The notes beneath the pieces are model-generated. The model did no database searches. It worked only from the letters and a program-made list of their open reading frames with translations, and was not told the DNA's origin. A DNA stretch of 64,000 nucleotides from Promethearchaeati archaeon SRVP18_Atabeyarchaeia-1 (GTDB lineage Archaea; Asgardarchaeota; Atabeyarchaeia; Atabeyarchaeales; Atabeyarchaeaceae): contig CP147779.1 in the NCBI GenBank assembly GCA_037308085.1, positions 2,208,001 through 2,272,000 on the forward strand. Direction: 5' to 3'. Both the position numbers and the translations under genes were made by a program. This document shows positions 47,495-57,796 of this stretch, in pieces. Within the stretch, counting starts at the first letter, position 1. Every line of letters begins with the position of its first letter.

Positions 47495-48511
47495 CTATTT
47501 TACTTTCAGCCTGTTGAGCTTGTCAATTGCTTGTTCTGCTTCACTCATAGTTCGTTCTATCAGTTCTTTGACAGTGGGGATGTCTCTCACTCTTCCCGCG
47601 CACATTCCGCAAAGCATGATGCCTTTGCTTATGTCACCGTCTTTCTCGGCTAGGGGCCATCTGGGTAGCTCCCACGAGTGTATCCTGTCCTCTGAAGTTC
47701 CTTTTGCGACGAGAGCCTTCTGTTCGGTCACGTATTCATTTACGAGGTGTCGAGCAGGTCCAAACATGCCCAGGATTACCTCCGTGTCAGTTTCCCTGGC
47801 CTCCATGATTCTCTTCTTGTAGTTCTCGTGGAACTCGCATTCCTTCGTGTTTATGAACCTAGTTCCCATCTGTATCCCTTGTGCGCCCATTGCTAGGGCT
47901 GCTGCCAGCCCTCGCCCATCGGCGAATCCTCCTGCTGCAATCACAGGTATCTTAACCGAGTCGACTACTGCCGGAACTAGCACATTTGTGTGAACTGGTG
48001 TGGGGGAGACGTGTCCACCTGCCTCGTAGCCCGAGGCGATCACAGCGTCGCATCCAACCGCCTCGGCTTTTTTGGCGTGACGAACGGTTGGGACTACGTG
48101 TAGGACCTTCAAGCCCGCTTCTTTGAATTTCTTTGTGAAGAGGGTTGGATCACCGGCAGAGGTTATCACTGCCTTGAGTCTTCTTCTGACTTCTGGGTCG
48201 TTTCGAACTTGATCTACGACCATGTCCGCCAGCTTGTATGCGTCGAGCATGAGCTGGAGCTTGGCTACTCTGATGTTGAGGGCAAAGTTGCCTTTCGTGC
48301 CTTTCTTGACAATTTGAATGTCCTGCTTCATCTTGGTGACTGAATCGGTTGCCGTGTCCTTCGGCTCGAGTATTCCAGCGTGGCTGATTGTTCCCAGTCC
48401 TCCAGCCTCTGAAACGGCGATGGCAAGCTTGGTGGTCACGAAGGGACCCATGGGGGCTTGCAGTATAGGATACCTGATTCCAAAAAGGTCGCAGATTCCT
48501 GTTTTTATCAT
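47495..48511 (-). CDS. Nitronate monooxygenase / FabK-like flavoprotein
   Basis: YPILQAPM, VSEAGGLG, EAGGH, PVIAAGG, GIQMGTRF. Confidence 0.9.
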   Translation of the reverse strand: MIKTGICDLFGIRYPILQAPMGPFVTTKLAIAVSEAGGLGTISHAGILEPKDTATDSVTKMKQDIQIVKKGTKGNFALNIRVAKLQLMLDAYKLADMVVDQVRNDPEVRRRLKAVITSAGDPTLFTKKFKEAGLKVLHVVPTVRHAKKAEAVGCDAVIASGYEAGGHVSPTPVHTNVLVPAVVDSVKIPVIAAGGFADGRGLAAALAMGAQGIQMGTRFINTKECEFHENYKKRIMEARETDTEVILGMFGPARHLVNEYVTEQKALVAKGTSEDRIHSWELPRWPLAEKDGDISKGIMLCGMCAGRVRDIPTVKELIERTMSEAEQAIDKLNRLKVK

Positions 48512-48741
48512 TGTCCATTTGACGCCTCCTTTGACATGTTACTAGAGGTTTACCATGATGGATAATTCTCGCCATTCTTCCCTAAGACCGTTACGACTTG
48601 AGCAACTTTAGATGTATATAAGGATCCGCAAAAAAGGCACACAGAAAAATGGTAGCCATCCAGATCGTTAGGTTCTGCCCTGCTCGTGGGCATTAGCAGG
48701 AAAAAAAGGAAGAGGGCTGATGGAGGTTCTCTGATAGCCCC

Positions 48742-49164
48742 TCAAATGAAGAGAATTTGGTACCCCGCAGTCTGTTCCATCAAGGTGGCGGCGCCCACGA
48801 TGTCGTCTACAATCGGATCGAGGGTCTCCTTCTTCAAACCCAGCATTTCGACGGTTGTCGAGCAACCGTAGACCTTCACGTCGCCGCTCTGCTTTGCTTT
48901 CTTGAGCATGTCATACCACGATGGTGCCTTCATCTTCTGCATTCCGCTGATCATTTTTGGCACCATGTCCTCGAATTCCTTCGTGAACCTTGGTTTGTCC
49001 TTTATGCCACCCTTCATGATGGAAGCGAGTGCAAATCCAGTGAAGAACACTCTTACGGGTACGCCCATGGCTGCCGCAGTCGAACTCAGCACGCCCACTG
49101 GGAGCAGCTTGTCAGCCTGGCCAGAACAAGAGATTATCGCAAGGCCACCTTTATTCTCGCTCAT
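48742..49164 (-). CDS. DsrE/DsrF-like sulfur-relay protein
   Basis: AAAMG..V.VFFT, VKVYGCS, IVGAAT, LFI. Confidence 0.85.
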   Translation of the reverse strand: MSENKGGLAIISCSGQADKLLPVGVLSSTAAAMGVPVRVFFTGFALASIMKGGIKDKPRFTKEFEDMVPKMISGMQKMKAPSWYDMLKKAKQSGDVKVYGCSTTVEMLGLKKETLDPIVDDIVGAATLMEQTAGYQILFI

Positions 49165-49184
49165 TTTCTTCTGCCTCGATTTCC

Positions 49185-49217
49185 TATTCAAGTATTCGAA
49201 TATTTGATTATTAGAAT
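49185..49217. promoter_or_regulatory. Candidate ArsR-family operator (TATTC-N8-GAATA plus adjacent ATTT-N8-GAAT)
   Basis: Inverted repeats between the divergent dsrE-like and arsR genes. Confidence 0.5.
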
Positions 49218-49383
49218 ACTCGCATGGTTATATATAATGTTTTTGGAATTACCCGTTAGAGTGGCGCGCCAAGCGCTGATCCCTCGAAACGGGGTGCGCT
49301 GGACCCTTAGCCGCCCGAGACCAATAAACATAATAGCAAACAGTTCCGCGGTGTATACAAATAGGTCACGGGGTGCTGCAAGA

Positions 49384-49677
49384 ATGAGTGAGGTATGCAA
49401 CCTACAAGCAGAGCTCTGTAAAGTAATAGCCAACCCCAAGCGGATAAGAATGATCAACCTACTCAAAGATGGAGAAAAATCGGTGCTCGAAATAGCAAAA
49501 GGACTCGGCATAAGCCAATCCAATGCTTCGCAGCACCTTACTATCATGAGGGCAAAAGGAGTCGTACTTACCAGGGCAAGCGGGAGGGAAATCTATTACA
49601 GACTCGCCATACCAGAGGTCGCCCGTGCCTGCGACCTTGTCGCTACAGCCCTGAGACGTATGAGAGAGACAAAATGA
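49384..49677 (+). CDS. ArsR/SmtB family regulator
   Basis: LCKVIANPKRIRMI...SQSNASQHL...GREIYYRL...ACD. Confidence 0.9.
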   Translation: MSEVCNLQAELCKVIANPKRIRMINLLKDGEKSVLEIAKGLGISQSNASQHLTIMRAKGVVLTRASGREIYYRLAIPEVARACDLVATALRRMRETK

Positions 49678-49912
49678 AGTTTTGTTGGCCCACGGCTGAA
49701 CGGGAAACGCATAATGCGAATGACCATCTCGGCTAGTCTCTTTCAGTTGTTTTGCAAGTTCTTTTCGTTGTTTACGGGACTTTATCGATTCAGAGGAGAA
49801 GGAACACTTAGATAAACTCTTAAATTTCTCGGAACGTAAGGAAAAGATAGGAGAATCCAAGAATAATCAAGAATAAGATCACTGCGCGAAAGAGGGGTGT
49901 GTCGTAAGAATA

Positions 49913-51262
49913 ATGGTAGACGAAGAAGTACCGAAGATCGTTACTCCTATCCCAGGTCCCAACGCCAGGAAAGTAATTGATGCTGACACGAAGTACCTCG
50001 TAAAGTCCACGAAGACTGGTCCAGTTGTAGCGAAGCGTGCCTACGGAGCTGTGGTTGAGGATGTTGATGGAAACAAGCTGCTCGACTTCACTGTAGGCAT
50101 ATCAGTCTGCAATATTGGATACTGCCACCCTAAGGTCACTGAGGCGATAAAGGCACAGGCCGAGAAGTTGGTCCACTATGCCGGCCAGGACTACTACTAC
50201 GAAGAGCAGGTCAACTTGGCGAAGAAGCTCACTGAAATAACGCCAGGCAATTTCCAGAAGCAAGTGTTCCTCTCCAACTCCGGAACTGAGAGCAATGAGG
50301 CTGCTATCAAACTCTGCAAGTTCCACCAGAAGCGCCACCAGTTCATCTCATTCATCGGAGCATTCCACGGCAGATCAATCGGCTCCGTGTCCCTGACTGC
50401 CTCGAAGCCGAACCACAAGGAAGGCTTTTTCCCCATGATGCCCGGAGTTAGCCATGTTCCTTACGCTTACTGTTACAGGTGCGCCTACAAGATGACGTAC
50501 CCGCAGTGTGGACTCTGGTGCGCTAAATACATAGAAGAGGTTCTGTTCAACAGCTACCTACCACCGACAGAAGTTGCTGCAGTCTTCGCCGAACCGATTC
50601 AGGGCGAAGGAGGCTACGTGGTCCCACCTAGTGACTGGTACAAGGAAATCAAGCGAATATGCGAGAAGAACGGAATACTGTTCGTAGACGACGAAGTTCA
50701 GGCTGGAATGGGGCGAACAGGGAAATGGTTCTGCACTGAGCACTATGGAGTGGTTCCAGACATCTTGACAACGTCCAAAGCGATTGCATCCGGAATACCG
50801 CTCGGTGCCACGGTGGTCAGAGCTGACATAGCCGACTGGAAAGAGGGATCTCATAGTAACACCTTTGGGGGAAACACGTTGGCATGTGTCGCCGCCGTGG
50901 CGACGATAAAGGTTATTGAGACCGAGAAGCTGCTTGATAACGCCACGAAGATGGGCGAGAAGGCGATGCGAAGACTCAACGAGATGAAAGAGAAGTACGA
51001 GATTATCGGCGACGTGAGAGGAAAAGGACTAATGATTGGCGTGGAGTTCGTTAAGGACAAGAAGACCAAGGAAAGATACTTCGAAGCGCATGATGCTATA
51101 CCGGATATTGCCATGAAGAAGGGGCTCGTCCTCTTGCCATGCGGCAAGAACGGGGTTCGCATAATTCCTCCGCTTAACATTGACGAGAAGCTACTCGAGA
51201 AGGGACTCATGATCTTCGAGGACACCGTGAAGGAGTTCTCAAAGCAGGCGCCCAAGAAGTAG
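49913..51262 (+). CDS. Class III PLP aminotransferase (acetylornithine/4-aminobutyrate type)
   Basis: NSGTESNEAA, FHGRS, EPIQGEGG, DEVQAGMGRTG, SKAIASG, NTFGGN. Confidence 0.93.
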   Translation: MVDEEVPKIVTPIPGPNARKVIDADTKYLVKSTKTGPVVAKRAYGAVVEDVDGNKLLDFTVGISVCNIGYCHPKVTEAIKAQAEKLVHYAGQDYYYEEQVNLAKKLTEITPGNFQKQVFLSNSGTESNEAAIKLCKFHQKRHQFISFIGAFHGRSIGSVSLTASKPNHKEGFFPMMPGVSHVPYAYCYRCAYKMTYPQCGLWCAKYIEEVLFNSYLPPTEVAAVFAEPIQGEGGYVVPPSDWYKEIKRICEKNGILFVDDEVQAGMGRTGKWFCTEHYGVVPDILTTSKAIASGIPLGATVVRADIADWKEGSHSNTFGGNTLACVAAVATIKVIETEKLLDNATKMGEKAMRRLNEMKEKYEIIGDVRGKGLMIGVEFVKDKKTKERYFEAHDAIPDIAMKKGLVLLPCGKNGVRIIPPLNIDEKLLEKGLMIFEDTVKEFSKQAPKK

Positions 51263-51384
51263 GTCTGGATCTTGTGGGCCCTATCTAGGCTACTTCTCCC
51301 TCTATTTTTCGGAAGCGATAGTTATTTTTCTCCAGATGTCGCTACCGATACACCGTCCGCAAGGAATAGGGGTGCATATACGCC

Positions 51385-52047
51385 GTGCAAGAGGGCACTA
51401 AGAGGTTGTACTGGGAGGATCCTTACAGGAGGAGTTTTGAGGCTCAAATCATCTCGAACGTGGGGAGGGAGGTTGTGCTCAGCCAGACCTGTTTCTATCC
51501 TAGGGGTGGAGGTCAGGTCAGCGACAGTGGCATAATAGAGTCAGCGAGAGTCACTGACGTAGTAGATCGGAAAGATGGAACGATCGCCCACATCTTGGAG
51601 AGCTCTCTGCAAGCCAGGACGGGGGATATAGTTAGGGGGGAAATAGACTGGGAGAAGCGCTATAGCACTATGAAGCTGCATTCAGCCTCGCACCTTCTCT
51701 ACTATGTTATGCAGGAAGTCTTCGGAGTTGAAGCCACACCCGCGTCGTCGGGGCTAGTGGACGAGAAGAAGGATAGAACTGACTACCTCTTCAGCACATC
51801 ACTCGACCAAGAGAAACTGAAGGAAGCTGAGAGAAGGGTCAACAACATCATTAAGGAAGCGCGCGAGGTTAGAACTTGGAACGATCCGAGCCGAGATGGA
51901 AAAAGAATGTGGGAACTGAAGCCCTACCCAGTCATGATGTGCGGGGGAACACATGTGAGAAATACAATGGAGATAGGCGAGGTATCAGTAACGCGAGGAA
52001 AGAAGCCCGGGCGCGGAAAGGAGAGAATTGAGATAACTCTAATGTAG
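51385..52047 (+). CDS. alaX: AlaX alanyl-tRNA editing protein
   Basis: FYPRGGGQVSD, HSASH, CGGTH. Confidence 0.9.
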   Translation: MQEGTKRLYWEDPYRRSFEAQIISNVGREVVLSQTCFYPRGGGQVSDSGIIESARVTDVVDRKDGTIAHILESSLQARTGDIVRGEIDWEKRYSTMKLHSASHLLYYVMQEVFGVEATPASSGLVDEKKDRTDYLFSTSLDQEKLKEAERRVNNIIKEAREVRTWNDPSRDGKRMWELKPYPVMMCGGTHVRNTMEIGEVSVTRGKKPGRGKERIEITLM

Positions 52048-52084
52048 TGGCAAAGAAGGTCTACAGGGAGATCTGATACGCGTC

Positions 52085-52951
52085 TCAGAATCGTTCTATC
52101 CAGCTCTGCTTACCGCCGTTGCCAGAGTACCCGAAGAATCGCTCAGCAACTAGGCGTGTAGTCTCGGGTTCAATAATCTTGTCGTTGAGCTTGCTTGGCG
52201 AGAGAGACGACGCGTTGCTAAATATGGTCAGGATCTTGGCCTTTGCGTAGTCGATTTGGCCCTGTTCGATTCTGCGCGCCAGCTCTTTGGAAAATTCTGT
52301 TGACTCAGTTCCGAGGACACTGGAATTGACCATATCGACAATCGCGCCCAGCTGCCCACCGTCCATTTCGGATTCTACTTCTCCGATCAGGCTCAAGGGC
52401 AGTCCCACTAGGTTTCCTTCTTCGTGAACCGAGTTGCACCACAGAGTCAAACCAAAGCATCCTCGAAAGTCTCGCGGAATGAGGTTAGTCATGAATGCGA
52501 TCATGTTCCTTACTTGCCAGTCTTCGCCTACAACCATGACCTTCTTTCCCCCCACGAGCGATTGTAGGGCTGAATCGAATTTCCCTGGAATCCGCACGCG
52601 GGGAACAGCAAACGGTCCTGGCTCGTCTTCGTATTCGCGCACAAAGTCGCCGTCCAAGCCATCCTTGACAGACTCCCTAAGAAGCCCTTCATATTGGAAG
52701 AGGTCAACATCTCTCCTATCAGTAAAGATAAAGGCGCAACCGAAGCCTGAGTCGACTGACATCTTGTAGTAGGAGACCGCCGTGCCCGTTTCTCCAACCG
52801 GAAACGACTTCAAGACTTCGTCGGGTGGGAGCCCCAAAGGCAGAGACTTGAGTGAGAGCAGTTTCTTGATATGAGGAGAAAGAACACCATTACTAGCTAT
52901 GATTTCTACGCCGCTCTTGCGATTGAATGACAGGAAGGTTCTTATCATCAT
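52085..52951 (-). CDS. Hypothetical protein, DENN-like
   Basis: ALQSLVGGKKVMVVGE..V..MIAFMTNLIP resembles the cDENN core; N-terminal longin-like alpha/beta pattern. Confidence 0.5.
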   Translation of the reverse strand: MMIRTFLSFNRKSGVEIIASNGVLSPHIKKLLSLKSLPLGLPPDEVLKSFPVGETGTAVSYYKMSVDSGFGCAFIFTDRRDVDLFQYEGLLRESVKDGLDGDFVREYEDEPGPFAVPRVRIPGKFDSALQSLVGGKKVMVVGEDWQVRNMIAFMTNLIPRDFRGCFGLTLWCNSVHEEGNLVGLPLSLIGEVESEMDGGQLGAIVDMVNSSVLGTESTEFSKELARRIEQGQIDYAKAKILTIFSNASSLSPSKLNDKIIEPETTRLVAERFFGYSGNGGKQSWIERF

Positions 52952-53012
52952 AGCCTGCCCACCCCCGAAATGATCGCCCCTGTCTACTGTAGAGATCTGG
53001 TCCCCTCACGTT

Positions 53013-53768
53013 TCACTTTGCAGTCTTTGGCATTATGCCCAATCTGACTTGAAGCCATACCGGCATGCTGAAACCGACATAGAACACGACCAGCGATGGG
53101 ATTGCCACAAATGGCACCTCAAATATGCCGAGGAAAACCCAGAACTCCGGCGACAAGCCAAGGATGTAGAACTGCCCCCCTTGTACAAGAAGTGTAGACA
53201 CCGACTCCGCAATGATCCACAGTGACAGCGGAATTCCTATCAGCCTCGCCCTAACCTTATGAAAGAGCTTAGTGCTTTTCCTGCCACTCATCAGCATGCT
53301 TGCTGATATGATGAGGGCTATCAGAGGAGTCAAAGCAGCGGCGAAAAGAGCCTCAGTGTTCCATACCAGTGGCCACCCGGGAATAACCTGGTACCCATAG
53401 TAGAAGCCAGACACCTCCGCGAGGACCCACCACGCAGCCACGCCAATCTTAGCTGGTATGGCGTACTTGCCTCTAGTCCTGCTGAGGTTCAGCGCGAAGA
53501 GAGTCAACAGAGCAACACATGTAAAAGCTGAAATCAGCCGACCGAACATGTATACTGGCGCTACTGCAAAGAGCAAACCGAACACTTTGCAGGCGTAGTA
53601 TGCCGTGCCAATCGCAAAGAATCCCACAAAATAGAACGTCAGTCTCTCATTCATAAGCTTCCTAAGCTTCACAACCGAGTAGACTGTCAGAACTGACGAA
53701 AGTATCAGGACAGGGATACTGACTTCAAATTCAAGGAGATCGAATTCAGTGCCAAAAGGCAATCCCAC
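53013..53768 (-). CDS. Seven-transmembrane protein
   Basis: 251 aa, seven hydrophobic segments by eye, C-terminal YVGFSMPVWL. Confidence 0.75.
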   Translation of the reverse strand: MGLPFGTEFDLLEFEVSIPVLILSSVLTVYSVVKLRKLMNERLTFYFVGFFAIGTAYYACKVFGLLFAVAPVYMFGRLISAFTCVALLTLFALNLSRTRGKYAIPAKIGVAAWWVLAEVSGFYYGYQVIPGWPLVWNTEALFAAALTPLIALIISASMLMSGRKSTKLFHKVRARLIGIPLSLWIIAESVSTLLVQGGQFYILGLSPEFWVFLGIFEVPFVAIPSLVVFYVGFSMPVWLQVRLGIMPKTAK

Positions 53769-53792
53769 TCCACACCCCCAAGCTAAGGCTTC

Positions 53793-54383
53793 TCACTTCT
53801 GCTCCCGCACCTTGTCAACGAGGTATTCGAAGGCCTCTTTGAGTCCATCACCGTACATTCCGCTGGTTTTGACCACGTGCACGCTGTGCCCCTTCAACAG
53901 ATTGTCGACTCCATAACTCTCAAGAATCTCCTCCTCGGTCATTGGGTTCTTGTCCCGCAAGTCCTGCTTATTCGCCATTACCAGGACTGGAATTCCGTCA
54001 TTTAACAGACTTACTGCATATTCGAAGATCTTCCTGTTCTCTGCAATGTTGGCGCGGTCAGTTGCGTCCACCACGAAGATGACTCCTCCAGGGGACTGTC
54101 TGACCCCAAGTTCCCAGAATACCTGGCGGTATACTTGTTGGCCTCCGACGTCGCATGCTATGAAGTTCCATCCCTCAAACTCAAAGTTCTCGAAGTCGAT
54201 CCCGTGTGTTGGTCTGATCTGCATTTGATGCCCGTCTTCCAAGACAACCTTTCCGCTTGCGGGAGGTTGTCCCGTTTTCATGTAATAGAGCATTGTTGTC
54301 TTTCCGGCCCCACCGGGACCCAACAGGCATATTTTGATCCTCTTCTTCGATCGAAACAGGTTCTTGACCCACCCCGGCGGCAT
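53793..54383 (-). CDS. Arf-like small GTPase
   Basis: G1 GPGGAGKTT, G2 PT.G, G3 DVGGQ, G4 NKQD, G5 TSG; N-terminal amphipathic WVKNLF. Confidence 0.92.
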   Translation of the reverse strand: MPPGWVKNLFRSKKRIKICLLGPGGAGKTTMLYYMKTGQPPASGKVVLEDGHQMQIRPTHGIDFENFEFEGWNFIACDVGGQQVYRQVFWELGVRQSPGGVIFVVDATDRANIAENRKIFEYAVSLLNDGIPVLVMANKQDLRDKNPMTEEEILESYGVDNLLKGHSVHVVKTSGMYGDGLKEAFEYLVDKVREQK

Positions 54384-54671
54384 CGACTACCACCTCTTGC
54401 TGATTTCACATGACTCTTATCACTGCTTTTATCCTTGTGGAAAACTCGGCACAAAAGTCAGCCGAAGCTACGATATTCGCAAGCAGTCAAGACCATGCTG
54501 ATGAGTTAGAGGACGAAAGTCTTGTAGGGAACAAAATCTGCAATCAGCTTCGCTATCGTCAGGTTTGACTTCTCTCTCGCCCGAGTCGGCTATACTGGCA
54601 AAGATGTTGCCCATGAAGGTGAGCCAAATACCAATGCCGCTAGCCCCAACCAGAAAAGACACGGATCTCGC

Positions 54672-56087
54672 TCACAGCGGCGGTCTCTTGTTCTGCCACG
54701 GGTGAACTTTTTCGTAAGCTCTCGATGCTTTGAGCACACCCATGTCATCGTAGCGGTTTCCTATGATCTGCAGCCCAACCGGGAGACCCTTTGACGTGAA
54801 GCCTATTGGTATCGAGGCCGCAGGCTGGCCTGTGAAGTTGAATGGGTAGGTGAAAGGCATCCAAGCTATGGGTCCAACTCCTTTTCCAGCGATCTTGCTT
54901 GGCGTACCTGCTGCGTTTGGCTGGATCTCGAAGGCAGCGACCGCTGTGACCGGCGTTAGAAGGAGGTTGTACTGCTCGAAGATCTTCCTCATTCTCTTCC
55001 AGAGTTCCTCTCTCTTGTACTCTATTCTAATGATGTCCCTTGCCTTCAAGCCCGGCTCGAGAGCTAGAAAGCTGGAGTAGTAGGGGTACAGAACCTTTTT
55101 CCATTCTTCAAGGCGCTTGTCAATCGTAGCGACTGTTCTAGCAACGGTCAGGTTTATCAGATCGTTCTCCATATTTGGCAGATCCGGCTTTATCTCAGTC
55201 ACCTTGCAGTCAAGCATTTCGAAGGAGAAGGCGGCTTTCCTCGTAAGGTTCTCGATATCCACATCGACCGCTGCGTACCCAAGGCTGGGGGTGTAGGCTA
55301 TGTTCGCCCGATCTATTCCCTTGTCGATGTTCTCCAGGTAGCGTTCCCCTGTAGCTGGCAAAGAGAATCTGTCCCTCTCATCAGGACCAGCTATGATGTC
55401 AAGCGTCGCGGCTGCGTCGGACACAGCCCTAGTTATTGGCCCATCACAGCTGAGGGTTTCCCACATGGAGAGGCTTGGATAGTCTGGAACGCGTCCAAAG
55501 GAGGGCTTTATGCCGTAGACGCCGCAGAAATTTGCGGGTATCCTTATTGAGCCTCCTCCGTCACTTCCAGAAGCTATGGGTCCGAAGCCAGAGGCTACGG
55601 CTGCGGCTGCTCCTCCGCTTGAGCCACCTGTCGTTCTGGACTTGTCCCAAGGGTTGCGTGCCGCCCCAAATACTTGGTTATCCGTGTAGGCGATGAGACC
55701 GAATTCTGGTACGTTCGTTTTTCCTATTATAACCGCGCCAGCTTTTCTTAGCCTCTCAACTATGACTGCATCTTCTTCTGGAACATAATTCTCGTACAGC
55801 TTGGAGCCGAAGGTCGTGCGAATACCCTTGGTATAGACTAGGTCCTTGATCGTGATCGGAACCCCGGTTAATGGACCTACTTTCTTGCCATCCTTGATAT
55901 CCTTGGCGGCTTTTCTTGCAGAAGCCATCGCGCCCGCTTCCGTGAGAGTTACGATGGCATTAAGCTCGGGGTTATATCGCTTGACCCTTGAAAGGATTTC
56001 TTCAAGAACATCAACGGGCGACAGCTCACCTTTCGCATAAGCCTGGCTGAGTTCTATCGCGCTCATCCAACAAGTTTCTTTAACCAA
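54672..56087 (-). CDS. Amidase signature family protein
   Basis: GVPITIKD, GKTNVPEF, GGSSGGAAA, GSDGGGSIRIPA. Confidence 0.93.
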   Translation of the reverse strand: MVKETCWMSAIELSQAYAKGELSPVDVLEEILSRVKRYNPELNAIVTLTEAGAMASARKAAKDIKDGKKVGPLTGVPITIKDLVYTKGIRTTFGSKLYENYVPEEDAVIVERLRKAGAVIIGKTNVPEFGLIAYTDNQVFGAARNPWDKSRTTGGSSGGAAAAVASGFGPIASGSDGGGSIRIPANFCGVYGIKPSFGRVPDYPSLSMWETLSCDGPITRAVSDAAATLDIIAGPDERDRFSLPATGERYLENIDKGIDRANIAYTPSLGYAAVDVDIENLTRKAAFSFEMLDCKVTEIKPDLPNMENDLINLTVARTVATIDKRLEEWKKVLYPYYSSFLALEPGLKARDIIRIEYKREELWKRMRKIFEQYNLLLTPVTAVAAFEIQPNAAGTPSKIAGKGVGPIAWMPFTYPFNFTGQPAASIPIGFTSKGLPVGLQIIGNRYDDMGVLKASRAYEKVHPWQNKRPPL

Positions 56088-56283
56088 TATGAAATGTACC
56101 CTCCTCCAGGTTTCCTGGATCCTGCATCATTCTCGGGATCTAGACCGCCTAGAGCGCAACATGTGGTCATGCCACCGTTCGGCTACGTCTCTCTTTCAAT
56201 CCTATTAACGTTTTCTGTTCTGCTAACATCGAAGGTGACGACTTCGCTTGTCTGCGTTGCCTGCGCGAGGTGTCGGGATGAGC

Positions 56284-57639
56284 TCAGCTTCGCCCAGTTT
56301 TGTCTGCAGCAGCTCTCCTGTACTTGGTTAGCATCTCACCCGTGATTCCGTTTCTCTCAATTATCTCTTTGTACAGGTATGCGCTTGGTCTAGGCTTCCG
56401 CTCTAGTGTCCTGTAGTCAACTTCGACGATGCCGAACCTCTTATCGTATCCCGAGTCCCACTCAAAGTTATCAAGGAGTGACCAATAGAAGTATGCTTGC
56501 ACGTTTGCTCCTTCCCGTATTGCGCGGTGAACTTGTTCAAGGTGTAGGACTATAGACATACTTCTTCTCGCGTCGTCCTTTACGGCAACGCCATTTTCGG
56601 TAACATAAATCGGCAAGTTATAGCCCGTCAGCCACTTGATGATTTGATAGATTCCTTCCGGGTAGATCTCATAGCCCATGTCTGTTATGCCAAGTGAGTC
56701 CTTGCGCGTGAGCGGCTTGTCCTCTTGGAGCACTTCTCTTGCACCAGCCCTCACCAGCATCCGCGAATAGTAGTTGAATCCAATGAAGTCCAAGGCGCCC
56801 TTCACTGCATCGATCAGTTCTCCGCTGCCAATGGGAGGGTTTATCTTTCCTGTCTTTAGGGCGTCAAGGAAAGACGCGTTGTAGAACTGGTGGAGGAAAC
56901 CTGCTTCATCTCGGTCCTTCTGTGATTTCTCATTGTATGGCTGGAAGCATTCTGTGTCTTTTACGGTTCCGACCTTGGGCGCGCCTTCTGCCTTGTTTCT
57001 GCCCAGAGCGTCGTGGATTGTGTGGTAAGCATTTGCGTGTCCCAGCAACATATTGCGGAGCACAGCCTGATACTTGGAGAGGTCGCTCTCGCAGGGTGGG
57101 AACTTCCCGAGCATATATGAGGCTGCCGCGTATGCCGTAGGCTCATTTATCGGGCCCCATAGGTCAACAAGGTCGCCAAGTTCGCGAACCAGGTACGCTG
57201 TGTAACGCGTGAAGTGGTCTACTGACCTCGCGTTAACCCAAGCGCCCTCTTTCTCCATCCACACAGGGTTTGTGAAGTGATGTAGTGTTACGAAGGGTTC
57301 CATTCCGCGTTTCCTTATCGCCATTATCACCTTGCGGTAGTGTTCCACTTCCTTCTTATTCCAATCGCCTTCCCGAGGCTCTATTCGGCTCCACTCGATG
57401 GAGAAGCGGAAGACCTTGTGTCCAAGTTTCCTAGCCAGATCGATGTCCTCCTCGTAGAGGTGGTAGAAGTCGTCGGCTTTTCCGCAGACCGATCCATCCT
57501 TAATGTGTCCACCTTCCTGCTCCCATACTGACCACTGATTAGTGTTTCCACCCTCCGCCTGGTAAGCTGAGATTGCAGAGCCCCACAGGAAGCCCTTTGG
57601 GAACTCAAGGAGTGATTTCCCCGCGGACTTGGTAGTCAT
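56284..57639 (-). CDS. Glycoside hydrolase family 1 (beta-glucosidase)
   Basis: FLWGSAISAYQAEG, RFSIEWSRI, INEP, VTENG, DNFEW. Confidence 0.95.
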   Translation of the reverse strand: MTTKSAGKSLLEFPKGFLWGSAISAYQAEGGNTNQWSVWEQEGGHIKDGSVCGKADDFYHLYEEDIDLARKLGHKVFRFSIEWSRIEPREGDWNKKEVEHYRKVIMAIRKRGMEPFVTLHHFTNPVWMEKEGAWVNARSVDHFTRYTAYLVRELGDLVDLWGPINEPTAYAAASYMLGKFPPCESDLSKYQAVLRNMLLGHANAYHTIHDALGRNKAEGAPKVGTVKDTECFQPYNEKSQKDRDEAGFLHQFYNASFLDALKTGKINPPIGSGELIDAVKGALDFIGFNYYSRMLVRAGAREVLQEDKPLTRKDSLGITDMGYEIYPEGIYQIIKWLTGYNLPIYVTENGVAVKDDARRSMSIVLHLEQVHRAIREGANVQAYFYWSLLDNFEWDSGYDKRFGIVEVDYRTLERKPRPSAYLYKEIIERNGITGEMLTKYRRAAADKTGRS

Positions 57640-57796
57640 ATGCCATTATACACCTCCCATACGCGGAATATTTCTCGACAGAAACCATGAAATGCATGTA
57701 CGATCCTCTTTGTGTTTTCCCTCAAACCTTCAAAACTTGAATCCTTGGGGAATATAATCTTTGTCATCTGCGAGTCGGTGGCAGGTGCTACGAATT

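Noticed and set aside
48757-49383. 306-aa ORF as a long ArsR fusion
   Set aside because: The upstream part is antisense to the DsrE-like gene; ArsR starts at 49384.
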